Shown here: positions 23,850 to 37,699 of the stretch, one piece after another
How the letters are laid out: the number at the start of each line of letters is the position of its first letter
Numbering within the stretch: position 1 is the first letter of the stretch
DNA from: Dicyema japonicum
Lineage: Eukaryota > Animalia > Dicyemida
Length of the DNA: 64,000 bases
Assembly (NCBI GenBank): GCA_011109175.1
Contig: RDEW01000010.1
Location: forward strand, 417,837-481,836
Direction: 5' to 3'
The notes under the pieces: model-generated
Seen by the model: the letters and a program-made list of their open reading frames with translations, nothing else
What the model was told of the DNA's origin: nothing
Databases searched by the model: none
Program-made: the position numbers and the translations under genes

Positions 23850-26800
23850 ATGTCAAGTAGACCTAACAAGCTGTACAGACAAAAATTAAATGTAAAATTA
23901 AATAAAATCGTTAAGCTCCCGTCAAAAGTAAGTCTACCGCCAATAACGGTTACTTCGCTGATTGAAGCCTTAGATTGCATTATGAAAAATGGTTTGAATA
24001 TTTTATTATAATTTTTAAATTTCTAAATATTAAATTTTAGAGAAAATTGAAAACAAAGTTTAATTTCCGATTATTTAGATTTTTCAAGTTAATGTTGATT
24101 CCGAGGAGTATAGCCTAGTGAGTCACGTCAACAAATTACTCACATCAAAGGGAATCACACAAAAAGTAAGTTTAAATTAATTTTAGAAATTCCCACAAAA
24201 AATATCAAGCATAGAAATGATAGAATATTTCCTAAACTGCAAAAAACAACAAAAATTTGAATTTATGACCTTTTCGTTTGATTTTTATGATTTGACTGAA
24301 ACTGAGAAAATTGTAAAAATTAAATTAATTAAAATTAAATTAAAATTAAAAATAATTTAAAATTAGAATAAAAATAATTTAATAATCGGATTTTTTGGTG
24401 TCCTCGAAATTGACCGTCAAGGAGTCGTCGAATATTTCAGCCTTGAGCGATATCGAGTACTGATTTCAATTTATTACGTCATCAGAAAATTTAAATTTTT
24501 CAAAAATTTTTATTTATTCAAATATTTGTTAAAGTTAGTATATATATAAATCCCAGTTTCAAGGAAGGAGCCAGAAATTCAAAACTTTTGAATGCTCAAC
24601 GTAGCATAACAAATTCATTTAAATTCAAAAATTTAATCAATTCGACCAGGTGGGAAAATTTGTTATTTTAGTTTTCTGTCGCACAAAGGCTCTGAACTCG
24701 TCGTTTCAGAATCCCATGTCGATTTTGAAGACTTTACCGGAATTATAGTTCATTACATTTCCGCAAACAACATAAAATCATTCATCAGGTTGTGAGGTTT
24801 TAATATGCAGGAATACTGAATCTTTGTCCACAGATTCGGACGGTCCGAGGTTGCTTGAGTCCAAATGTTGTAGACTAAAAATTTTCATGAACCAATTAGT
24901 GGCGGCTAAAATATTCAATTTTATCCAATCCCTGGTTGAATTCGCAAGAAAAAGCAGGATTTCATCAAAGATGGATTTTATCGATAGTTGTCAGTGTTAT
25001 GATTGCTAGACCACTTTCACTTTGACAGCGAAAAAATAGTCAATTTTTACAACGACATTGTGAAGTTGCTGAATTTTAGTTTTGTGCGGAATTCTGAAGA
25101 GGGGGACAGCTTGGAATTCTGTATAGTCCATAGGCCTTTGAATAAAATCGAGTCCAGGGAAATTCGATTTTTGAAAAATTTAACATTTTAAAAATGTGAT
25201 TTATCTTTGTATTTTTAGGGATTTGAACACTAATTTGGTGGATTACTCCATTTCACTCTGGGGGGAAGCGGTAACAAACATTTTCGATCGCCTAAAACGA
25301 TTTGAAGATTTTATAAAACATTCTGAAATATTTTTTTTAAAAAATTGAATTAAGAAAATTTGAAGTTTAACATTTTTTAATTTTAGAAATTTACTAATGA
25401 TTTTTTGCTGGCAAACCAAGAATTAAATAAACTAAATGTCGATGGTCAAAACAAAATTATACTCTACCACAAAAATATCGCTGTCGACTGCACAACTGCA
25501 ATTTTTAAAGCACGTGCATTTCTTTTTGGATTATTTGAAAAAGGAATGGTCAAAATATTGAAACTAGTAAATGATCAAGTAAAATTGGTGCAGAAAGATA
25601 ATGAGGAGATAAATGAAGTATTAAGTTTGATTTATTTTAGTTTTTTAGCGACAATCCGACATGTCCAATGGATTATGTACTTTTAAGGAAATACGCCGAT
25701 CAGAAGATGCTCAAAAGTGCCGAAAAAGATGGGGAGCTAACAATGAGTGATGAATTGATACAAGTTTGAATTTTTCAAATTTTATTATTTTTATTTGTTT
25801 AAATCAAATTTTATTAAAAAATAAATCAATCCAATTTTATTGAAAATTTTAAATTTAATATAATTTTTGACTGTATTAATAAATTATTTAGATTATCGAA
25901 AAAACGAAGATCAAAAGTTCAGAATTTCAACAAACAAAAAATTCAGTAAAAAACGCACAAATGCTGCAAAATTTTCTTAAAGAAAAATATGAGCGAATCA
26001 AAAACCATTTTTCCGATTTCAAAAGTCAATATAAACAGGATTATTTATCCCTACTTCGCTCACTGAGGGATAATATGGATCAGATAAAAGATCTGTCATC
26101 AAAAGGATCTCTTAATCGCGTTTGGGACACATATAGTGCAATCCATTCTGTTTGTTGTCTCACATAATTTAGATTTATGAAAGCTTTGATAACAAGGTTT
26201 TATTTTGGCGGGAAAAAACGAGCGTTTGCAGTGAATTCTTTGACCTGCCAATATCTGGATTCCCTAGTGTCGAGGAAATATCAGAAATTGCTCAAATATA
26301 TGAAATTTGGCAAATTCTTAGTAAATTAGAGGAATATTTAACGAAATTGAATAATTTTGATTCATCAAGAGAGGTTGACTTAAGGCAACTCAGCTCACTG
26401 TTAAATCAAGAGTTGGAGAAGGCCAGGGAACTCATGGATGGTGAGGAAACCTACGAAAAGTCACTTCTAAAGAGATTTTATGACCTTGTTGTGTCCAAAT
26501 TTGACCAGTTTTTCCCACAATTTGAAAATGTGACGACATTCGAGGATTCTCTGATAACCGAAATTACCGGACGGCTGAACTTTTCACTCAATAAAATGAA
26601 AATTGAATTTTGTATGTTCTAATAAGCATTTAGATTATGACAAAAATTATAAATTTGAAGTTTTCTGGCTTAAAAATACATCAGAACTGTCGCAATTAAT
26701 AAACGTATAAACTGTAAACAATTTAGTACAATTTTGCCGCCATTTCTAACATTAGGTTAACCACAAACGAAAAGAATTTGGAAAAAATAAACAATTTTAT

Positions 26801-29800
26801 TGAATTTCTTAGAAAATTTAAAAAATTTATAAATTTATTTAGTGAAATTAATGATAAAGTATATTATTGTTCAATTTAGATTTTATCTGTCCAATTTGTT
26901 GCTAGTGAAATTTCCGAAGCGAAGATTTCGAGATTGGAGGTTGAACAGTTCAGTAGCTTTCTTCAAATGTGCCAGGTATGGTAACCAATGTGCTAAGTTT
27001 AAATATTTTATTTACAACTTGTTACTTTAACTAATTTTAGAATGATTTGGCGGGAATTGATGACGAATTTATTTCTGGAAAACTAAGTGAAAATAACGTC
27101 ATCAAGTGGTCTGATAGATTATTCAATATTAATAAAGCGGTAAAAATGGTCAATATTTCAGAAAATTTCCTTGAATTATTGTAAGGTGAAATTATACAAA
27201 ATTCGTAAAAATTTTCCAAGATTTTCGATTTTAACAGACGATATAATTATTCGATTATTCGCAACCCCCGATATTTTATATCTAGAATTTTGTTTTGTCA
27301 CACTTTTCCCTCCTTTTAGGAAGCTTATATTCTCAATGACTGGAAAGGATTCTCTTAGTCCTGATTTGTGCCACACAAAAGAAGGAATTTACATTTCTGG
27401 AATAGAATCCGTCCATGGGGAAGTAGTTCCTGTCCACGTGGATATTCATGATAGAGATTATGGGATGGTATTTTCTGAAATTGATCGAAAAATAAAAGAT
27501 TTTGTTAAAAATGACATACTTAAAATGTTAAATGAAAATTGTATTATGAAGTGTTTATTTTAGTGGAGGATTTGTCTTATATTAGCAACCTCATAAAATT
27601 ACGTCATCGACAATTAACTAGGCGGGAATTTTTGGATTTTTGTGAATATAAATACACCGAAGTCATAAAACTTATAACCGAACATTCCGTCCAGGGCGGT
27701 TTTGTCGCCTTAAATGTCTCAGTTTGTAAACAACTAAGCAAACTACTGTGTGGAGAAATAACTGATATAAACGACCTAATGTTTTCAATTTATAAATTAT
27801 TACCCAGAGAGAGGATAATTCGGGAAATTGAGGACCTGAAAATTTTACTGCTTTACTTTCCAGCGAGATGGGAAGACGATTTGATTAAGAAATTTTATAA
27901 CATTGTCAGCCATATGATTCAGCAAAGAGAATACTTTAGAAATATTTTCCCGTTTTTTGAAAATGGCGGGAATATTTGTGAGTTTTATAAAATGCCGAAA
28001 TATTTTTACAATGAAGGTATCAGTGGAACTCCTATTTAGAAAACTGTGAACTTATCTTCAGCTGTTTCGGTTTTAGATTTGTATACGAATATGACTTTAT
28101 TGACACTGATTACTTAAATTACAATTTTAACGAACAATTTCAGATTCTCTCTTCTTTGTTCCACCACAGATCACTCCGAACCGACAATTATGTCCAAGCA
28201 AAAGCCTCCCTTTCAGTAATTTTAATTTTAATTTAACCAGTTTATTGGAAAGGGGTTTTTCATCTTTGATGGAAAATCAACCAAATTGGGGGACAGTTTG
28301 ATTCAAAACATAAAAGGCTGTTTGTTAAGTGGGCAAATGTTTGTGCTTAGCAATTATGAACATTTGGAGGAAGGTTGACCTACTTTATATCTCAGAATCA
28401 TTGAATGACCTTTTAACTTTGATTATGAACGTGGACAGTCAGGCCTCCGTTGCTGCTGGAAAGAATAGTAAGTTTTCGTTTATTGAGGAGGTGACTGTAA
28501 TTTTGATTGACAGGTTAGCCAATATGAGACTTTAAACTTTAACACCGCTATAATGAAGAATTTGATAGAAAATGGTACAAACTAAACTAATTTTAGAAAC
28601 TGAATATATTGAACAAATAACATTTACATGTGACTACTCAGATGAGTTGGTCACTTCTACAAACTATTTGGGGACTATTATTGTATCCCAGAAGAGAGAA
28701 GATTGCTTAGCTTTGAAGGCACTGCCTTGAGTTTTAGTTTAGGAGTGCTTCAATCGGGCAGACAACCTCTCAATGGACTTTGTAAGATATTTTGAAACCT
28801 CCCTGATTTCTCTATCTTTTGAATATTCAACAATTATTGCGTCCAAATTGTGCAATTTTCTTAGAGAAAACAATATTCTTGTATACGTGCTGCAATCAAT
28901 TTAGAATTTGTCAAACCTGCTTTTATTACTCGACAGAATCAAAGATTTTAAAATTGAAATAAGAAAATACAAAAATAATGATAAATTAGCAAGTAATTTG
29001 GTTATTCCTTCATCTGAGAAAAATATTGAAGAATTTACAGTTTTATTCAGTCTCAAGAAAGTATTCTCGCATTTGTGGAATGTCCATACGCTTTTTTACG
29101 AAATGTTGAATGAATACTTCCCACTAACTATTAAAATGCTGAAATTCAGAGACTCCACATATAATTTGAAATATATTGAGCGAGAAATTAAACGACAAAA
29201 TATTATATTTAGCGAATGTGTGAAGGAAAAAGTCACGTACTTGCTTTCTGCTCTGGAAGATAATCGGCATCTTGTAATAACGGGGGACTCCTGTAGTGGA
29301 AAAACCACGTTGATCAACGCCATAGTGAATGGGATCAACCAGGAGAGATTCCATGTAATAAAGCTTTAAGCTAAAATAGGCCAACTACGATAATTTTATT
29401 GTGCTTGTGGATCTGAAATCGCGAAATTTTGAAGTCTTAGACCACTTTCTGATAGATGATTTTACTCACGTGGGCTACGAATGCTGGGAAGATAAGATGA
29501 GGCTTGTAAATGTTAGAATATGGATAACCTTAGAACTTCAAATCGAAGGAAATTTGGTTTTTGGTGGAAAATGACATTGACGAGAAAATATACTACTCTA
29601 TTGGAAGCAAAATAAAATACAAATTAATATTCGAGTCAAATTCTCTAGGGAATGCCTCGCCAGCTTTTCTTAGAGATCTTCCAGTCATTAATATGAGTGT
29701 TGATGATAATTTCATGGAAAGCTTAATTTTCCAAAATAAGTGTAAAGTGAAGAGAATGGGAAATATAAAGTAAATGAAATATACATATTAGCATTATTGA

Positions 29801-32800
29801 TGATATTCTGGCTCTTTTATGCAAAATGATAATAAATTACGAAATCAAGACGATTTTTCCCTCAAAGGGAGACTTTCGTTGGATTTGCTATAATTTGATA
29901 AATTCTTTCTTTAAACTACTAAATATTACTTTGGAGGAATTCACCGGTTTACCATTATTCTATATGACAGAGTATGGACCAAGTGGGGAAGAATTTTCCA
30001 TTGGCAAGGACAAAGCGGTGACTTATGCTGTGATCTTTTCTCTATTTTGGTCATTTTCTGGCATTTTAAAAGATGGGTTTGAATTTGAATAATCTCAGTG
30101 AGGAACTTCGCTTAGAAATTATACTCAAATCTCATTTTGAACGCATTGGAGTTACTTTTGCGGGTGTTCAACTTAGTGATTCAGTTTATGACCGACATTC
30201 AGGGATTGTCTCATGGGAAGACTTTCATTCATCAAAACTTTTGAAACTCAAAAATTACATAGAAACATACCAAGTATTGGTAAATCGATGATTACAGAGC
30301 ATTAAGCTAAATTGGATTTGTTCAAGGCTCATAAGTAAGGATTCCGTTGTTATTACGGGGGAATATGGTTGCGGAAAAACTCTGCTTATCAACGTAAGAC
30401 ACTGAGTCAAGTTTAGAATTACTTTGGGAATAATAATAAATTAAGCAAAGTAATAAGGCTGACTAAACAAAATGAAACCCAAAATCTTAAGAAACTGATA
30501 AACAGTCACTCAATTCGTTCTGATGTTAACAAACCAATTTTCATCGAGGACTTTAACATCAAAGATACCGAACTCTTTGATCTAATCAGACAAGCTAAAT
30601 CCAGAAAATGGTTCAATGATGAATCTAAAGAATATTTAACCTTCCACAAAGACGTCCAATTCATTCTAACTGCTCAATCGAATAATTCGGAGATCCAGCA
30701 AGGAAGCTTTATAAAGGAGTTTGTTATATTCAACATGCTTCCAAATATATCAAAGTATATATTCAAAATTGCGCAAAAGTCTATGAATAATTATTTGTCA
30801 TATTTTGTTGATAATCCAACAGTTACTAGCAATGTAAACTTTGTTGTGAATGTTTAGGCTTTGGCGAGTGGAATAGCAAGGACCTTTGAGATCAAAAATC
30901 TCAAAATTCGCGTTTTGTGGAAGTTTATCAAATTTCTTGACGTTTGTGATATTATCAAAGGAAAAAGTAATCAATTTGTGAAATTTAGGCTCTGACGATG
31001 AATTTCTGTATAAGTTTGTCGAAATCGTTAAAAATGGACTGTGCTTTGTGGGTATAGAAGACGTTGAAGACTTTATTGAACTTGATTCTCAATGTGTAGC
31101 ACCTTTTTGGTATCCCATAAAAAATAAGCGATCTTTAAGTATATTTCCATAAATAAATCTAGTCACCAAATTATCCAACATTGACTCCTTACAAATGGAC
31201 GAACGGCTAAATTATCCAATATTGACTCCTTCCCTTTGTAATAGCATAAACCTAAGCAATCAATTCAATTTGTCGGCCCAAAAAATAATCCTAAGTCTAG
31301 TAATAATAACATTGGTCATTTATAGTCACTAAACATGCACTTTACCGTTATAAAATCACCTAGTCTCCCAATTATTAAGCCGAATATACTTGTGGGCAAA
31401 ATCTGCAGTGAAATGAAGAAGAATGTCTGATTTGTGCTTATTTTAGTTATGTACCTTTTATATCTACGAATTTAACAAAAGAATAGAAAATGAACTGAGA
31501 ATAGAACTTGAAGTAATCAATAATCGGAGATATGCCGTGGTTTGTATGGTGGATCTCCGATTAAGTGAATATTTTTACAAAGTGTTTAAAATTATCTCGG
31601 AAACTGTGATAAATGAAAATATTACATTTGTTTTCAATTTCAGAGGTTTTTTATGTTCACAATTTTAGATGAGCTGAGATATCCCGACAAAGTCATGAAT
31701 TTGTGCAAAGTCAACCAAATCGAAGCGATTCCTCAGTTTAGCAAATTGGATTTGATAAATTCAGTTAAAAACTGGCTCGTAGTTGTGATTTAATCAACGT
31801 TAGCAAAATTCTGACATTTACGTGGATATTTATTCCCAGAATGTAAACAAAATGGCAGAGCTGCTGTTTTTATTCACTTTTTGGCAGAAAAGTTTCATTT
31901 TAAAAGTCTTAACTGGACATTCCCTGACATTGACTGGATGGGTCAGTTTGTGAGAATAATTAAAATGTTGTGGAATTATTTGGGACAAAAACGCGTAGTT
32001 TTATTCTCATATCGTAGAAATCTGAGTATACAAAAATTCTCAATATTATTAACAATATCAAGGAAATTGAAGATAAGGCAAGTGCTAGGCAATCTAAACT
32101 CGATTCTCTTCAAACTAAACGGGAGGCGGTTTTGGTTAAATACAAGAGTGTTTCCTCACGCCTTGAAAAAGAGAAAAATTCTTATAAAAAAGTAACCCAA
32201 ATAAGCATTGAGTAGATCGAAAACGAGGCGAAACGGATAAATGAGGAAATAGAAAGAGCACACAAAATATCGAAGTTGCAGAATAAGGATGCCGAAGAAG
32301 AATTGGGCTCAGTAAAGTGTCACTTAATTACAGGCACAAACATTGTCGAGAATAGCAGTCGATATGTACAAAAACCTTAATTTCAACGATTTCGAAGAAA
32401 TTAAGAGTTATTCTCGTCCGCCAGAAATTGTGACTGCAATTGCGATTTGTGTCTGCAAAATGTTCAAAAGGCCACTAAAGTTAATTAATCTTTAACTTTA
32501 GCTGGGAAAGTGCCAAGAATTTGTTTTTATCGTCAAGATTCTATGAGAAAATGGAGTTTTACGACAAGGACAATATTGATTTTAGACTTTTAAGGTATCT
32601 CGGGAATTTCACTCGCAATCCAAACTATTCCCCGACTCTGTGGGTTACGTTAGCAGAGCAGTCGTCTCCTTGTCAATGTGGATTAATGCGGTCTATAATT
32701 ATGCAAATTTGTTGAGAAAATGGAAAAAGTACTTCAGCTCAAAAAATCAGAATAACACTTTCAAGGTATCTCATTCCCTCCAATTAGATGCAACAACGAT

Positions 32801-35800
32801 TGGGAAAGCTGAGGGATCAAATGTTCACTAAGAAAAGGGAAATTGAAAATTTTGAAAGCACAGCGAATGGCCTGTTTGATGATTTGTCCGCTTTGGATTA
32901 TAAAATGAATGTTTTAGTAGATTTAAATTTTAGAAAATTCGAACTAAATTGCAAAATATTTCAAATTTTATTGCGAATTTGGGGAATTTCATCAAAAATT
33001 GGAAAACTAGAATAAATGACCTCACTGATGCGAACAGTCTAATTGCCCACGTGCTATATTCTGCCGCCATTTACAGATATTGTGGAATGATGACTGAGGA
33101 CCAAAGGCGTATCTTCAAACGGGAATGTGCTAAAACTATCAACGATATTTTTGGATTCTCATTTAAGACCGAGGCTAACCAGGTTATTACCCCATGGATT
33201 GTCATTCACCAAGAAATGGTATTTTTATTAAATATTGTAGAAAATAAATGCGGAAAATCATCTGGATTCCGTTTTTGTTGATTTTAGGGACATTTTAAAG
33301 TCTCAGACGGAATGTCAATCCTTGTATAAAAACAGGGAGTTGGATTCTCTAATAAAAAATGAGGAAACCCCATTTAATCAGTTTTCAGTGAATAATTAAT
33401 TAGTGAACTAAAAATAAGCAACATATTTAACAAAGAAGAGCAATACAAAGTCGGACACAAATACAGATGTGACCACGCTGTAGAAAATTACTCAATGTTT
33501 GTCTTGTCACGTGTCCTCAGAGGTCACAGTCAGTGGTCACTTTTTATCGATCCGAATGACAAAATTAAATCTTTTGCCGATAAAAGTCCATTATAACTCT
33601 CACCTTAGATTATCAAACTCTTTCCCTTAAACACAACAACATCACTGAAATACTACGAAACTCCGTTAAAACTGGTAATTCTGGATAATTCCCATTAGGC
33701 GGCTGTTTTATTATACATGACATCGAGAAGGTGTCGTTGAACGAGGATCTAGTGAAGCTGTTCAGCAGAGAGTTTGTTTTTAGTGACAACTGTGCGCGTA
33801 TCACCATCGGAGGGGACAATATTTCCGTACACGACGATCTCTGTTTAATATTTGTGGTAGAAAATGTGACTGCTTTGGTCGAAAATTGTGATTATTCTTG
33901 TGATTTGGCAGCCTCTTTGAATTTGGGAAAAATCATTTCTTCCATGTTGATCGTTGATCTCAGCGACAGTTCCAGCGAATGCTTGCTGAAGGTAAACTCT
34001 GAGCTGTCGGGGACTATTATGAGGGACCACTATGCGCAACTTGAGAAATTGAACAAAAACATGTTAGCACGAAGGTTGGAATGTTTGAAACTATTTGTAA
34101 TAATTTGAATCACCTGTTAGACCAAAGCTGAATGCTTGGTTCAGTGTTTTGACGAATCAGGGAACTTTTCCTCCCACGTAGAGGAATTAATGGAAGAGGC
34201 TCGGAATCACCAGAACGAGTATAAGATCGCCAGTCTACGGAAATGCTACATCGATGAGATGAAGCAGTCCTTTGATACATTGATTTACGTTCTAACCTCA
34301 TTTTGGGTCAATGTTAAGTGGTTGTTTCCTACAAGCGACTCAGTGGTTGACCGCAAATTTATTTCCGTGATACAAATGTGTATTAACAGTGAGATTTCCG
34401 ATGGCAATACTGGTACATGTTGCTCATATTTAGCTATTATGAGCCAGGTTTCCACAGATTTACACTTATTCGGCATATTGAGACAGCTTGTTGACCTTTG
34501 TAGAGTTCAACTGCCTCATATAACCCATACGCTGCTATTTTTTACGTCATTCTCAATTTTGTGCCCACGTGGTTCTATTACCCGGGAAGATGTTGAACAT
34601 GCCATTCATTACTTCTTTTCATTTGATCCGCAAAGGAGATCAGATGAATTGGCCAAGAAGGACCTGTTCGGCAAATATTACTTAAGGAGGGACCTCACTG
34701 ATAAAGATAAATTAGGAGAGACTTTAAAATTGCTTTATAGCAAACCCGAGAAAGTTTGCTGGTTTATAAATTGAAGAGATGTGAGATTATGGAAGAATTT
34801 GTGAGGGATATTATGGGATTCTCTGTTGAGTGGGACAAGAGAAAGTCCATTGAGACGATTCTGTCCTATTCAGATTGTAGATCCCCCATTTGGATCGATA
34901 AAGGAGGTTAACGTCTTCAGTTTAATCAGTAGATGACTCAAGTAGCTATTCTGAGATATTACAGAAAATATGTAAGCGCAAAAAAACTCAGCCCCAATCA
35001 ATTTACTTTACAAATCACCGAACTATTACCCGTTTGTTTGATAAAATCAGAATTACGCCTGCTTATTTAATTTTGTTTGCAAAAAACAAAAATGATACCA
35101 ACTTTTATGTTTGACTATTTTTTAATTTCAGGACATTTACAGGGATTTTTCAGGCTTCCACGATAGATTCAGGCTTATCGTTATTTTTGGGACAAATTGT
35201 ATTTTTATTTAGATTTATATATTTATTTGATTATTTAAATTTATATTAAAATTATTATTAAAATGAATTTTAAATTTTTATTGAAACTATAATTTGTAGA
35301 TTTGAGAGAAAGCACAATAAATTTCATAAATTATGTGTTTGATGAGACACCGGCACGTAGTATTTCCAATTCTCCATGTACTTTCAACAAGGATCTTAAA
35401 AATATTATTTTGTTGAACAATTCTAAAGTATCAAAGAACCCCACCTCTTGCACCCACGTGATTTATGATAATTTATGTTTATTAGGTGGAAGACTCGGAA
35501 TGCGCTCCGTTTATGCCAATTTGGTTTGAAGGAGGATGCGAGCCGCTTAATGATTGAGAGATGGTGGGAAGTCTTAGAAGAATTGGAAAACAAATTCCAC
35601 GAGAATAGTCGATTGCTGTTAAAGGAGGTTGACTCATTACTGAGTTTGCTGGATGTTGAGACTTTGGGAATTAAAAATGGATTACAAAAATATATTTTGT
35701 ATGAAATAAATTACTGGCGGGAAATTTGGAGAAATTTAAATATAAAATCAATAAATTAATAGAGAATAAAAAATTAATCAAGAATATATATTTATATGTA

Positions 35801-36283
35801 ATAATAAATTTCCCTCCAAATTGTTTGAACATCGGGGGTTAAATTCTATTGATTGCCTTGATAAACTAAAGTACTGAATGATGATATTTCCAGGGATATA
35901 TTATTGTACCAAATAAATGTTCTGGAGAGCTGTCCCACTACTTTGAGATTTGATATGTTTGCTAATCCTCATCATATGTTTGACTGCTTATTTGAGGATA
36001 TTGGGGATTCGATAACCTGTGGTGACTTAGTATTAGATTCTGTATGATTTTGTGTGAATTGAAGACTGAGACTTCTAAGGATCGTCATAAAATCTTCTAC
36101 AGGCTTAATAATTTTAGGGGAAGAAGCACTGCTGGAGTTGATATTATTGGCAATGTTGTGCTGTCCTCCTCTGTTGGACTGATATGGGACAATATAATTA
36201 TCTGGGATTGTATTTGTAAATGTTAATTTGTAGTGTATGGAGTGATGGGTTGCACAATATTATTGCAGTTAACAATAATTTAA
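23850..36283 (+). CDS. DNHD1: Dynein heavy chain, DNHD1-like (degenerate AAA1), about 60 mostly 21-30-nt introns; 3' end approximate
   Basis: N-terminal FYDL..FGVLEI..FKFFKNFYLFK; linker IRKNFPRFSILTDD; AAA2 GDSCSGKTT (~29283); LIFESNSLGNASPA; AAA3 GEYGCGKT (~30358); MTBD DFEEIKSYSRPP..WESAKNLF..FYEKMEFY..VSRAVVSLSMW, closest in my recollection to DNHD1; WSLFIDP (AAA5). About 5 homopolymer frameshifts. Confidence 0.85.
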
Positions 36284-36371
36284 TTGATATTATTAAATCT
36301 GAAAAATAATTTAACATATTTAATATTAGTGTTTTTTGGTGTGGCGAGTATTTAGACCAGTTAGTAATTAT

Positions 36372-37547
36372 TAGGGCGGAAATTGTCTTATTTGTCCTAT
36401 TTCAATAATAAAATTGTCCTAAAATAGGACATAATTATTTTAATTATTTTTTTTAATTTTGTTAGATTTTTTCATTTCTTTTTAAATCGCAAGTTATAAA
36501 TTGTTTTTTGTATACTAGCAGTTTTCAGCCGGGTGGCATAGTGATTAGGTGTCAGGCTAAAGTGGCTTAGGTTACGGGTTCGATTCTCGCTGCTGTTCAC
36601 CTGGTGGAAGGTTCCACGCATCTACGATGCCAAAAGGGTTTGACGAGTGACGCCGTCATCAGTGGATATTCACTGCGGAACTGGATAGTTTAAAATGGAC
36701 CCACACACAAGAAAAAGAAGTGAAGATCATTCCTTGGTTCTACGATTAGTTAGAATTAACTGTTCTTTACTTAAATAAAGTGTGTGTCCTGCCTATGTGA
36801 CGCTATAGATATTATGGCTATCGTGAAAAGGCTATTATTATTAGCAGTTTTCATTTAATGGCAGGTTTATTTTTTCTCAATTATTGAAACTATTAGAACT
36901 CAGAGGCAAAATAAAGAATTAATTTCTAAAGCAATTAATTAAAAACTCATACATATTTACAAGAACACCTAAAGGAGATTTATTCTACCAAAATGCTCTA
37001 AGATAGAAAATCATCTAACAATACTACACCGATCTACATCTTAATAGAAAAGACATCAGACTGAATGCTTCAAGTATAGAAACCAATCAACTTTTCCTTA
37101 CTTAAGATAAAAAAAACTGGATATCTTTTTGGTTAAAGCATTTTAAATGCCGATATTCCACTTAAATCAGGGAATATGTTTGCCAATCCAAATTAGGGAA
37201 TTAGAGAATTGTTATATAAAAAGCTGTTAAATTATCCTGTTCCTTCATTTATATTATTGAATTACAGAAAACATTAAAAACAATTCTATTTAATTATTGA
37301 TGAAAGTAACATTATATTTTTTTTAATTTCCATATCAATGCTCTAAAATGATTCTTGATTAGTTTTTTTGAGAAAATTTGAGCCCAGATTAAGTATTTGT
37401 GATATTTTGTTTATATTTGAACGCTAAAAATACAAAATAATTCAAAAATAAAAAAATAATAAAATTGTCCTATTTTTGTCTTAAGATGTCCTAATTGTAC
37501 TATTTTGTTTTAAAATGTCCTAAAAATGTCTTATTATTTCCGCCCTA
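36372..37547. mobile_element. Non-autonomous hAT element (TAGGGCGG TIRs) carrying a nested SINE
   Basis: TIRs TAGGGCGGAAAT/ATTTCCGCCCTA; perfect 8-bp TSD gtaattat (36364-36371, 37548-37555); subterminal tgtcct/aggaca repeats. Confidence 0.9.
36528..36841 (+). mobile_element. Full-length tRNA-derived SINE, family A
   Basis: A box TGGCATAGTG, B box GGTTCGATTC, RTE-like tail + (TAT)n; 12-bp TSD tagcagttttca; empty site visible in the second MITE copy (~56425-56445). Confidence 0.92.
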
Positions 37548-37699
37548 GTAATTATCGTCGGAAGGTTGAGTTGATGATAGGTATTAACAAGGAAATCAAA
37601 GAGTGTATTAGTTAGCTTCTCCAGTTTGTGGTGTACTATGACGCAGTTATGGTATTTTAGCTTTTTCGCCCACTAATGTATATAATTTCTAGTCTATTT

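Noticed and set aside
25160-32640. Euplotes-like programmed frameshifting in the dynein gene (shifts near TTT-TAA ~25186, AAT-TGA ~25345, AAA-TGA ~29570)
   Set aside because: Other shifts (~31870 T-run, ~32632 C-run) must occur far from any stop according to protein alignment, and all lie in homopolymers; assembly indel error is simpler.
36528-36600. tRNA gene at the SINE head (also 56843-56910)
   Set aside because: No acceptor stem or terminator; continues into a repeated body with TSDs.
36638-36665. Hammerhead ribozyme in the antisense SINE body (CTGATGA...AAAC)
   Set aside because: No GAAA after stem II and no convincing stems I/III; motif not conserved in other copies.
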